Below are positions 1 to 9,097 of a DNA stretch of 64,000 nt, in pieces (the stretch's first letter is position 1; each line of letters begins with the position of its first letter). Location: assembly GCA_000004985.1 (NCBI GenBank), contig GG738922.1; one strand, given 5' to 3'. The notes below the pieces were generated by a model, which saw nothing but the letters and a program-made list of their open reading frames with translations, did not search any database and was not told where the DNA came from. The position numbers and the translations under genes were made by a program. This stretch comes from Naegleria gruberi (Eukaryota).

Positions 1-3000
1 GCTGGTTCATATTCGAGTGCTGGAGCATCATCATGTTCTCAATGTGGAGCTGGAACATACTCAGCTGGTGGAGCTTCAAGTTGCACTAATTGTGGAGCAG
101 GTACTTATTCTTCGACAGTTGGAGGAACAAATTCCTCAGTTTGCTTGAATTGTGTAGCTGGTACTTATTCATTCGAGACAGGAGCTGCAAGTGCTAATGT
201 TTGCCAAAGTTGTAGAGCTGGAACTTATTCGTCGATGGGCTCTTCTAATTGCACCAATTGCACACCTGGTTTCTATTCAACCACTGTAAATGCAACCAGT
301 TCAGCTACCTGCATACCTTGTTCTGCAGGTACCTTTAGTAATTCAACTGGTGCATCTTATTGCTTTCAATGTCCTGAAGGTACTAACAGTGCTTCAGGAT
401 CTTCTTTATGCAACTCATTTTCTTGTTTCCAATATAATAATTGCTCTGGAAACGGTGTTTGTGTTTCGAATAACACTTGCTCCTGTTTTGAAGGATTTGA
501 CGGATTGAATTGCAATATCTCTCTACCGTTCTCGATTAATCTTAACTCCTCATATGTTACCTTATCCACTACAAAAATATTCACAGTACTAGTTGTTGGA
601 AATTATTCAGATATTATCAGATATGATGTCTTTTGTATGAATTGTTCTTTTCTCAATTTCACAACATCGAATAATTTGATAACTATTGACATGACTGGAC
701 AAAATATTGGAAAATTTACATTGATGGTTGTGGCTACAATGAATAATAGTAGAATATCAGCTCCTAGTTCTTTGATTGTAGAAATAGTTCCCCTTATCAA
801 TCCACCAAGTACAGGGAAATTTGGATTTTTGAGCATTCCCAAGATTGTGGAGAGGAATAACCCAAAACTTGATGTCATCATCTCGAATTTAACAGATGTA
901 GATGAATCCTTTGTTGGAAACTGTGGGTTGCAAACAATGTGTTCTTTTAAGTTGACAACTTATTTAGTGGAACAAACTGAAAGTTCCAGCTTGACCCTTT
1001 GGACTCAATCGCAAGTAGTTGTTGGATCCAACAAGTATACAACTATATTCTTTACTCCACTTGTTTCTTTAAATCCATCGCTTACCTTTACAACTGTAAA
1101 TTCTACAACATTACTTCTTTATATGACACTTGAGTCTTCAAATGGAAACAATAGTTATAGTACTGCCATTCCTATTGTTGATTCGGCATTTGCACCAACA
1201 AACATCAATTTCACTAGTATGCCTCAGTCAGGTCCAGCAATCCAACAGATTTTCTCAATTAGTTCGTCACCTTGGAATGCACCATTACAAATTCAACCTT
1301 TGTTCTATTCCTATGGTATCTACCTTAGTGATACACAACAATATATTCAACTTTCTCCATTCACTCAATCAACTCAAGCATACATTCCTTTACCCTATTT
1401 GTCAGATGGCCCAGTTTCGGTTGCCATTTTTGTTAAGAATTCTTTAGGAAATATAATATCAAAAGTTCTTGGGCAAGTAACAGTCATTAAGTCAATTGGA
1501 AATGTGGACTACTTGAATCTTACTGATACGCAATTAGCAGTATCAGTGTTTGATCAATCTAGTCAACTCACCACTTCAGATATTTCAACAATTATTAGAA
1601 GAATTGATATTGGCTCTAATCCGGACTCACCCTTACTTTATTTAAATACATTGGTACTCAATAATATCTTGGATGGTTCACAATTAGGTCTATTATCAAA
1701 CAAACTTTATCATTTCCTTAATAACTCTGCAGCTTCCTACGAACAAGAAATGGTAAACTTTGGATTTGTCAAGAGCAAACTCTCAGAAGAGGCCCTGAAT
1801 TCAACATTTTCTATTATTTCAACTATTATAAGCAACTCAACCTTTGATGGATTATTAACTTCATTCTCTCAACTTGTTATTCAAAGCTCAATTCCTAAAG
1901 TCGTCTCTGATTCAGATATGACTTTTATTTCATACTCTTCAAATTTTGCTAAAGCTTCACTTGTATCTTTTGTGTTGCCATCTACCAATTATGGATACAA
2001 TTCAAACAGTTATTTTGTCAGCCCCACAGGAATGAATTTTTCTGTAACCCTGAATTTTACAGAAATTACATCTATCGGAGAGGCCAACACCCACGGATTG
2101 TCCATAATAACATTTTCTAATAATTCTAAATTGGATAACTATTCTATCAGCAATCAAATGCTGTCTAATGTGGCAGATTTTAAATATTTCCTGAATAATT
2201 CTTATGTGAAATTGAGAAATCTTAACAATCCTATTATTCTGAAATTTGATGTACAATCTGAAGTAATTGGAAATATCTCAAATCCATCTCTGATATCTTG
2301 TATGTATTGGGATGAAACATTCTCAATTTGGAGCACTGAAGGCTGCACTCTGGTTGGCTGGTCTAACAGTTCTGTTTTCTGTGGTTGTAATCACACCACT
2401 TCATTTGCAACCTTTATTGATTACAACCTATCTTCCATTGCAACAATAGGGGAAAAGACACAAGTTTCTGGACTATTTATCGCACAAATATTTTTTGGTT
2501 GTTTATTTGCTGTCATTTCCTTTGTCATGTTAATTCTGTTAGTCATATTTAGAAAACATCAACCTGTTTCAAGTAGGTTAATAACTCCTTACATGGGGAT
2601 GATAGCACTACTTGTGGAATGTATCAGTATTTTCATTATTCAGAGAAGTGTACTTGTTGACTATTTATGGAATAATAACATTGATTGGAGTTCAGGAACT
2701 AATGCTCCAAATGTAATCGCCAATATTACATTGATAATTGTGAATAGCTTGAATATTACTGCAATATTTTGTTACGTTTGGCAAACCATCAGATATGAAG
2801 TAATGAAGTATTTGTATGATTTGATTTCCAAAAGAACTGACAATCACCCAACAGGAATGAAAGTATTAAGAAGATTTGTCTCACAAACTCTATTTATTTC
2901 ATTAACAGCTATATGTCTTACTCTAAATATTGCATATTGGCTATTGTGGGTTATCTTGAGAAGAACAGAAGCCATTTCAGCAACTGCCTTCACCCAAATT

Positions 3001-3927
3001 ACTTCAATCTCATACACTGTTATTATTTTCGTATTCAGTGCCATTATTTCAGTTACTACAATTGTAGATGTCATTGCAGCATTGATTGGACAGGATATTT
3101 ACTTCAAAAGAAAAGTGCATTCCAATAACAAAATATTGAAAGAAAGTACTTCCTCTTTGGAAATGCAACTCGCATTAGCTCCACATCCTAAAAACAAGTT
3201 TTTCCACACTGATGCTCCGCTCTATTTTAGAACTGAGATGATTGCTTATGTGATTTGTTTTGCATTAATGATCGTTCAACAAGTAACAGGTTTAAGTGTT
3301 TATTCCAACTCAGATGCAATTGTAAATATTGAAATTGTCAATTTGGTCTTTCAATTACTGTACTATATTTCATTCATTGGAGTGTTTGGAGGTTTTTCAT
3401 TGACAGTTTTGTTAATTTATAGAAAAAAATCAAAGAAATCATCCCACGATGCCTCTGAACTGAATGAAATTATCAATGAGGTTATTGGATTACAATTATT
3501 CGAAGTGTTTTGTGAATCAGAATTTTCCACTGAAAATCTTTACTTGTATCAATTACTGAAAGAAAATGAGAATATAAATTCAGAAGCAAATATCATGAAA
3601 TTATCAACTTTCGTAAGAACTATTTTCGAATTGTTCATTCAAAGAAATTCCAAGTACGAGGTTAACATTCCATCAAGTGTTTCAACAAATTTCAAACATT
3701 TGATAAACATATTAGAAAGTACAAACATTGAACTGCAACAAGATGAAACCAATTCACCTTTGAAACTAAAGTCAAAGGAGGTATTTAGTGACCTTTTGGA
3801 TCAAATTTTATTGAACTTGGAGGATACCTTTTCAAGGTTTGTAACATTGGACGTTTATGAAAGATACAAAGAAAAGAAAGATTGGAAGACAAACATGTTA
3901 GCACAATCAAATATAAGCGTTCAATAA
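1..3927 (+). CDS. 5'-partial adhesion-type GPCR (Cys-rich repeats, EGF-like, GPS/GAIN, 7TM) with C-terminal RGS domain
   Basis: Frame 1 is open from nt 1, so the gene start lies upstream of the window. The N-terminus has repeated CxxCxAGTYS units (GCC2/GCC3-like Cys repeats) and an EGF-like CSGNGVCVSNNTCSCFEGFDGLNC. A long S/T/N-rich stalk follows. A GPS motif CMYWDETFSIWSTEGCTLVGWSNSSVFCGCNHTTSFATF lies at about nt 2300-2420, followed by seven hydrophobic helices. The C-terminus carries an RGS box (LFEVFCESEFSTENLYLYQLLKE..., about nt 3460-3880). Confidence 0.75.
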   Translation, partial: AGSYSSAGASSCSQCGAGTYSAGGASSCTNCGAGTYSSTVGGTNSSVCLNCVAGTYSFETGAASANVCQSCRAGTYSSMGSSNCTNCTPGFYSTTVNATSSATCIPCSAGTFSNSTGASYCFQCPEGTNSASGSSLCNSFSCFQYNNCSGNGVCVSNNTCSCFEGFDGLNCNISLPFSINLNSSYVTLSTTKIFTVLVVGNYSDIIRYDVFCMNCSFLNFTTSNNLITIDMTGQNIGKFTLMVVATMNNSRISAPSSLIVEIVPLINPPSTGKFGFLSIPKIVERNNPKLDVIISNLTDVDESFVGNCGLQTMCSFKLTTYLVEQTESSSLTLWTQSQVVVGSNKYTTIFFTPLVSLNPSLTFTTVNSTTLLLYMTLESSNGNNSYSTAIPIVDSAFAPTNINFTSMPQSGPAIQQIFSISSSPWNAPLQIQPLFYSYGIYLSDTQQYIQLSPFTQSTQAYIPLPYLSDGPVSVAIFVKNSLGNIISKVLGQVTVIKSIGNVDYLNLTDTQLAVSVFDQSSQLTTSDISTIIRRIDIGSNPDSPLLYLNTLVLNNILDGSQLGLLSNKLYHFLNNSAASYEQEMVNFGFVKSKLSEEALNSTFSIISTIISNSTFDGLLTSFSQLVIQSSIPKVVSDSDMTFISYSSNFAKASLVSFVLPSTNYGYNSNSYFVSPTGMNFSVTLNFTEITSIGEANTHGLSIITFSNNSKLDNYSISNQMLSNVADFKYFLNNSYVKLRNLNNPIILKFDVQSEVIGNISNPSLISCMYWDETFSIWSTEGCTLVGWSNSSVFCGCNHTTSFATFIDYNLSSIATIGEKTQVSGLFIAQIFFGCLFAVISFVMLILLVIFRKHQPVSSRLITPYMGMIALLVECISIFIIQRSVLVDYLWNNNIDWSSGTNAPNVIANITLIIVNSLNITAIFCYVWQTIRYEVMKYLYDLISKRTDNHPTGMKVLRRFVSQTLFISLTAICLTLNIAYWLLWVILRRTEAISATAFTQITSISYTVIIFVFSAIISVTTIVDVIAALIGQDIYFKRKVHSNNKILKESTSSLEMQLALAPHPKNKFFHTDAPLYFRTEMIAYVICFALMIVQQVTGLSVYSNSDAIVNIEIVNLVFQLLYYISFIGVFGGFSLTVLLIYRKKSKKSSHDASELNEIINEVIGLQLFEVFCESEFSTENLYLYQLLKENENINSEANIMKLSTFVRTIFELFIQRNSKYEVNIPSSVSTNFKHLINILESTNIELQQDETNSPLKLKSKEVFSDLLDQILLNLEDTFSRFVTLDVYERYKEKKDWKTNMLAQSNISVQ

Positions 3928-4097
3928 ATTATTACCTAGGTTTAGAATCAATATTCGAGATTACTTCTTCAATATTCCATTTTGTTAGATTCCAAACACA
4001 TAGAGTTATTCAAAACTAAACGAAATTATGGTCAACCGTGCAATAGTTCACCAAGTTCTCCATTTGAAATGCAATGAAACATTAGAGGCAATTCAAA

Positions 4098-5489
4098 TTG
4101 TTAGTGATAAAACAATGTTTTCATGAACATAAAGATTTCAAGTTCACAGTTCCAAACCAACGAAAATCTTCAAATACCAAAAGAATGCAAATTTTAAAAA
4201 TAAATCACAACGAAAAAAAACAACTCAAAAACTCGCAGCAGCGAAAAATCATAAACGAAAAAGTGAAGAAAATGAACAGCGATAATTTTTTCTTTGAAGA
4301 AAGCCTTTTGCAAGAATTGTCCAACAATTTGATGGAAAGCTTTGATCAGGCTGCCTACTCTGCTTGTTCATCATCCGATACTTGTTCATCCACTAATACT
4401 GATGATGAATCTATTTTACAATTCTTTAATTTTAATAATCAATTGATGACATCGATATCATGTCAATGCGAAGGTGGTTTTGAATTGAATAATAATACTA
4501 AAGTTTCAAGACCAAGAGGAGCTCCATTTTCTATCTACGTTAACGACAAGTTGAACGTTACCATTTCTACTCAATTTTTGAGTGAAAATAATTTAAATCA
4601 ATCATCAGTGACAATTTCCTTGAAGACCTTCTTGTTTGAAGATGTCTCATCACTCGATAGTTTAGAAGAATATACTATCAATTTGAACCAAGCTAAAATG
4701 GTCAATAATCAATTACAAATAACAATTCCTATCAGAAGAGATAACACCACTAGAAGAAAGACTAGAAAGTCAACTGCCAAGTCAATCAAGGGTGAAGAAA
4801 CTGCTGAAGATTTGGAAAGAAAGAAAAAGATGAGAAGAAGCTTGAATCAAGAAGCTACCAAGAAGGTTTCCTATATTCAAGTTATTGCTAATCAACAAGT
4901 TTTAGCCACTTCTCAAAATATGTGGTGTAGATCCAAGACAAGATCCGAAATGGAAAAGAAGAAGGGTCGTAAAACTTCTACTCCAAAGAAGAATCCAAGC
5001 ACCAAGAGAAAGTCATCTGATTTGATTCCTTTGGAAATTGATGCACAAATGATTAATACTCATTTGAAGTCTGCCAAACGTGTCAAGCAAACTGCTCCTA
5101 CTGTTGTTGTTGAAACTCAACCAATTTCAATGGTGGAAGAAGAAATTCCAGAATACATGATGCAAATGATTCCAACCAATTGGCAAGAAGTTTGTGGTGT
5201 TACAACTGTTGATGGTGCCAAACAAGTGCAAACTGTCACAGTCAACAATGATGAAGATGATGTCTTTGCCTTATTCGATAATGATTTCATGTTCCAAGAA
5301 CCAATGCCATCTCCATCATCTGCTATTCCTTCAATGGGTATTAATTTGGATTTGGATGATTTGTTCCCACTCGAAAGTATCCAACAACCAGCATCTGCTA
5401 TTAATGGTCACATGATGTTCGCCAAGCCAGTTTGTCTTGATGATTTGGATTTCGATACCTTCTTAACTGAACAAGAAATAAACATGTAA
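4098..5489 (+). CDS. hypothetical N/K-rich protein with acidic C-terminus; true start probably the Met at about 4270
   Basis: Long ORF. The first approximately 170 nt are A-rich and look like UTR, so the real start is likely MNSDNFFFEE. It has basic KRK stretches and an acidic hydrophobic tail DDLDFDTFLTEQE resembling an activation motif. Confidence 0.4.
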   Translation: MLVIKQCFHEHKDFKFTVPNQRKSSNTKRMQILKINHNEKKQLKNSQQRKIINEKVKKMNSDNFFFEESLLQELSNNLMESFDQAAYSACSSSDTCSSTNTDDESILQFFNFNNQLMTSISCQCEGGFELNNNTKVSRPRGAPFSIYVNDKLNVTISTQFLSENNLNQSSVTISLKTFLFEDVSSLDSLEEYTINLNQAKMVNNQLQITIPIRRDNTTRRKTRKSTAKSIKGEETAEDLERKKKMRRSLNQEATKKVSYIQVIANQQVLATSQNMWCRSKTRSEMEKKKGRKTSTPKKNPSTKRKSSDLIPLEIDAQMINTHLKSAKRVKQTAPTVVVETQPISMVEEEIPEYMMQMIPTNWQEVCGVTTVDGAKQVQTVTVNNDEDDVFALFDNDFMFQEPMPSPSSAIPSMGINLDLDDLFPLESIQQPASAINGHMMFAKPVCLDDLDFDTFLTEQEINM

Positions 5490-5565
5490 ATAATCCAAAT
5501 GAATGAAAATATGAATTGCAAATTTTGTAACTAGTTCAATTCTAGAAAAACAATATCAAAAAAAA

Positions 5566-6354
5566 ATGTCTAAAAATCCACCTTCATCTTCACCAACACA
5601 ACAACTCCAACCCTATGCCCAATCCAAATTGGATATCTCTGGTTCATGTGTTGTTTGTTCAATAGCCTACACAATCAATTCAAAACTCTCACAAGAAAAA
5701 AAACCACAAGTACCCATCGAAAAATTTCTTCAAACAGCAATCAAACATAAATTCTTCTCTACCAAAGGACATGGCATTCACTCGAAAGGAAGTGCAAATC
5801 TTGGAAGGTTATTTGGAAAAGTAGAGTGGGGATTCTTTGGAAATTCTCAAGAGGAAGACGAATTTTCAGATGACGACGATGAAATAGATCCACAATGTAG
5901 GAAGAGACAATTCTTTGATTGTGAAAAGGATTCGTATAGAGATGGACCTGAACTGATTAGAGAAAAATTGAGAGAGGCAGGAGGTTATGTTGTGGTTGGT
6001 GTGAGATCGTGCATGAGTTCGATGAGTAGGGCAACCACTCATGCAGTAGTTGTGCTTGGAATTGATGATTCGAATAGAGTAACTATTGCAGATTCTTATT
6101 CACATTTTACAAAAAGAAATGAACCTAATGCAATGTTTCCTTATGGAAAACCAAATTGGGAATTTTCACCTGGAATTTATACAGTTGAGTGGAGTGAATT
6201 TGATGCATCTTGGAATTCAAGAGATGATTATGCAGGAGAGGATGATTTGGAAAATGATGAAGCATTTTCAGATTTTAATGTTAAAGAGGAAGGATTCAGA
6301 TTTTGGATGATTATTAAACATGACCACAAGTTAATTTCCAAAAATTGTAAATAA
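5566..6354 (+). CDS. hypothetical protein with possible papain-fold (C39-like) Cys/His motifs
   Basis: 262-aa ORF. GSCVVCSIAYT (candidate nucleophile Cys) and THAVVVLGIDDSNRVTIADSY (His-strand then Asp) resemble Peptidase_C39-like/BtrH-like cores. An acidic linker lies between them. Confidence 0.4.
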   Translation: MSKNPPSSSPTQQLQPYAQSKLDISGSCVVCSIAYTINSKLSQEKKPQVPIEKFLQTAIKHKFFSTKGHGIHSKGSANLGRLFGKVEWGFFGNSQEEDEFSDDDDEIDPQCRKRQFFDCEKDSYRDGPELIREKLREAGGYVVVGVRSCMSSMSRATTHAVVVLGIDDSNRVTIADSYSHFTKRNEPNAMFPYGKPNWEFSPGIYTVEWSEFDASWNSRDDYAGEDDLENDEAFSDFNVKEEGFRFWMIIKHDHKLISKNCK

Positions 6355-6513
6355 AAAGTTTATGGAATAATTTATTAAGGTTGTAAACTCTATAATACCC
6401 AGGTTGACCTATCGAATATGTTTCTAAAGTCAATGAACTGTGAACTTACCATAGTTCATAGTTAGTTTTACAACACAATTCAATAATAAAAATTCAAAAA
6501 TTCAAAAAAAAAA

Positions 6514-7296
6514 ATGGATCTAAACTACTACGATCACTACATCAACAAGGAGAATGGTTCCTATGTGGTCTGGCGAGATTTGACCTTCAATAACCAATCC
6601 ACCTTTGACATTATCAATTTCGGCCTCTCGGAAAAGAAGTTACAATTATCTGATGATACAACTCATCAATTCCGAAGAAATTTAAATGAATTTTCTCTCT
6701 CTGCAGCCTTTAATAAGGTTCCCCAACGTACGAATCCGATAGTTAATGGAGAATCCGATCAGAAGAGAGTTTCTCTCTATATTGAAAATTGCCACTATCA
6801 AATATTCGATTTTTCCAAACAATATTTCAAGAGAATTGTTTTTGAAAATTGTTCAAATTGTGAAATTTATTTAGGAAAAACATTTGGTGGATATGAATTC
6901 AGTAATTGTTCCAATCTTACTATTCAATTTACTAAAAATGTTGAGAATTTGAGTACTATTCTAGAGGATTCTAAATTCATTTCCATTATTTTCCATTTTA
7001 AATTATCAGAAATGAATGAAATGAGAATAGTTTCGACTAATTTATTTGGAGTCAAAGTCATGTATCAGAGTGATCCCTCATCAAAGAGAAAAAACGATTC
7101 AATTGTAAATATTAATCATTCAACTTATGAATTTGTAAATTTGGATCAAATTGGAATTTCCAATCGATTTGTAGAGATTACAAAAAAACAATTACAATCA
7201 AATTTACAATCAAATACTTTTCATAGAAAATTCTTTCACGATTCATTGAATGATATTAACATTATTACACAATTCTCACATGACTCTGATGAATAA
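6514..7296 (+). CDS. hypothetical protein
   Basis: 260-aa ORF with no motifs I recognise. It is tightly spaced between flanking genes on the same strand. Confidence 0.35.
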   Translation: MDLNYYDHYINKENGSYVVWRDLTFNNQSTFDIINFGLSEKKLQLSDDTTHQFRRNLNEFSLSAAFNKVPQRTNPIVNGESDQKRVSLYIENCHYQIFDFSKQYFKRIVFENCSNCEIYLGKTFGGYEFSNCSNLTIQFTKNVENLSTILEDSKFISIIFHFKLSEMNEMRIVSTNLFGVKVMYQSDPSSKRKNDSIVNINHSTYEFVNLDQIGISNRFVEITKKQLQSNLQSNTFHRKFFHDSLNDINIITQFSHDSDE

Positions 7297-7476
7297 TTCC
7301 CTTTCAATACCGTTCAGTACTATTTAACCTTTACAAAAAAATGTATTTAAATATTTAAATGTTTGTATTTTAAAAAAAAATGTAAATAATTCAATGCTAG
7401 AATTTACCTCAATTTCCAAACCAACAACCTTCAAGTGTTCAATATTCAATATTTAATTAATTCAATTTATTAAAAA

Positions 7477-9066
7477 ATGTTTCCACTCATAAAAAGCCTT
7501 TCCGATATTCAAGCTTGTTTTTCTTCGGCAATTAACCAACAAGAAGATGTCCATCATCTTCATACAAAATCAAACTCTATTATCGGAGGCTTTTCTAACA
7601 ATAATTTAATGGATCAATTCAAGATTGAACGTGATGGTGGTTACATCTTTATCAAATATAAACATGCTATATCGATGAAAGATACTTTTCCTGATCCGAA
7701 TGATGAATTTCTATCTGCAGAGGAACGTTTGAATTATCAACTCAGAAGGGAATGTAGAGGAATTGTATTTCGGAATGATCAAGATGATGATGAAGTAAAT
7801 ATTCAGCAGGAAAATATACAAAATGATGAAAAGAAGGTGAAAGGAAGAATCATTTCGAGAAAGTTTCACAAGTTTTTCAATATTAATGAGAGGGAGGAGA
7901 GTAATGTGGAGAGTATAAATTGGAGAAGAGGTTTTATTGTGATGGAAAAGATGGATGGATCATTGGTTTCGCCACTGAGGATTATTCGAAACGATGATTT
8001 GAATGATGGGATAGAAGATTCGAATAGAGTGTGGACATTTACTTCAATGTTGGGATTTACAGAAACTGGACAAGCTGTGGATGAGTTCATCTATCAAGAA
8101 ATGGAGGGAAGAAAGAGAGACAAATTATTCGAATTGTGTGAATATTGTGAAGAGAGTGGAATAACTCCATTATTTGAATTTTGTTCAAAGGAAAACAAGG
8201 TTGTTATTGAACATGAAAAGACAAGTTTAATCCTTTTGGCATTTAGAAATATAGAATCTGGAGAATATATGTCCTTCAAAGATACTGTTAACACTCTCAA
8301 CAAGTTCAATAACCCGGTTCCTATTGTAAAACTGTGGAAGGAATATCCTAATGGATTGAAAGGAGTAGAGGATGCAAACAAGCTCTTGAAGGAAATTTAT
8401 GCCCAAAAGAATGTTGAAGGATATGTCATTAGATTTTATGAAGGTGACATGTATAAGGTAAAGACCACATGGTACACAAGCTTGCATGGATTGGAAACTA
8501 CAGGAAAGTTTATTAGAGATCGACACGTTATTAAGGGAATTTTGGAGAATAATGTTGATGATATCATTTCTAGTTCCTTCTTTAACGGAGAGGAAAAGAA
8601 GAGGAAAGCTCTTCAATTATTCAGAGATGAAGTTGAAAGAAGGATACTCCTTAAAATTGCTGAAACCACAAAGGAATTGAAGGAGAAATCAATTGATGAC
8701 ATTTCACCAGATTCAATCACTGGTAAATTTTACTATTATCTCACTTCAGAGCATCCACAAGAAGCTATCAACAATTCAGATCTCATAACATCCGTATACT
8801 ATTCATTCCTCATTGAATATTTTAAGCTTAATGGAAGAGAATTCGATAGACACCGAAAATTATTCTACAAGTATCTCTCTATTGATTTCTCAGTCATGAA
8901 ACCTTACCATTTCACACATGAAGGAATTTTATCAGAACCAAGCAGCAGCAGCACTCCACCTAAAAAACAAGCACAACCACCAAGATATGCCGCTTCCAAA
9001 AACGATTCCACAAACCAATCATCAAACTCTGCAAAACCATCAGTTGACAAGAAGAAACGCAAGTAA
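7477..9066 (+). CDS. ATP-dependent RNA ligase, T4 Rnl1 family, with basic C-terminal tail
   Basis: Near-collinear motif matches to T4 RNA ligase 1. These are ECRGIVF, KFFNINE, motif I VMEKMDGSLVS (KxDGSL lysine-adenylate site), PLFEFCSKENKVVIEHEKTSLILLAFRNIESGEYMSF, motif IV NVEGYVIRF, and motif V KVKTTWYTSLH. The C-terminal S/K-rich tail ends KKKRK, a likely NLS. Confidence 0.8.
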   Translation: MFPLIKSLSDIQACFSSAINQQEDVHHLHTKSNSIIGGFSNNNLMDQFKIERDGGYIFIKYKHAISMKDTFPDPNDEFLSAEERLNYQLRRECRGIVFRNDQDDDEVNIQQENIQNDEKKVKGRIISRKFHKFFNINEREESNVESINWRRGFIVMEKMDGSLVSPLRIIRNDDLNDGIEDSNRVWTFTSMLGFTETGQAVDEFIYQEMEGRKRDKLFELCEYCEESGITPLFEFCSKENKVVIEHEKTSLILLAFRNIESGEYMSFKDTVNTLNKFNNPVPIVKLWKEYPNGLKGVEDANKLLKEIYAQKNVEGYVIRFYEGDMYKVKTTWYTSLHGLETTGKFIRDRHVIKGILENNVDDIISSSFFNGEEKKRKALQLFRDEVERRILLKIAETTKELKEKSIDDISPDSITGKFYYYLTSEHPQEAINNSDLITSVYYSFLIEYFKLNGREFDRHRKLFYKYLSIDFSVMKPYHFTHEGILSEPSSSSTPPKKQAQPPRYAASKNDSTNQSSNSAKPSVDKKKRK

Positions 9067-9097
9067 TGAACTCCCATTGTAAACACTTTAAAAAAAA

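Noticed and set aside
290-3128. Many 60-130 aa ORFs nested or antisense within the large GPCR-RGS gene (for example 366..584, 603..881, 2002..2256).
   Set aside because: They are embedded in a continuous 1300-codon frame with clear domain content. They are typical spurious antisense or alternate-frame ORFs in AT-rich DNA.
4098-4269. N-terminal 57 codons of ORF 4098..5489.
   Set aside because: The sequence is A-rich with a homopolymer-like composition typical of a 5' UTR. The first Met with coding-like composition is at about 4270.
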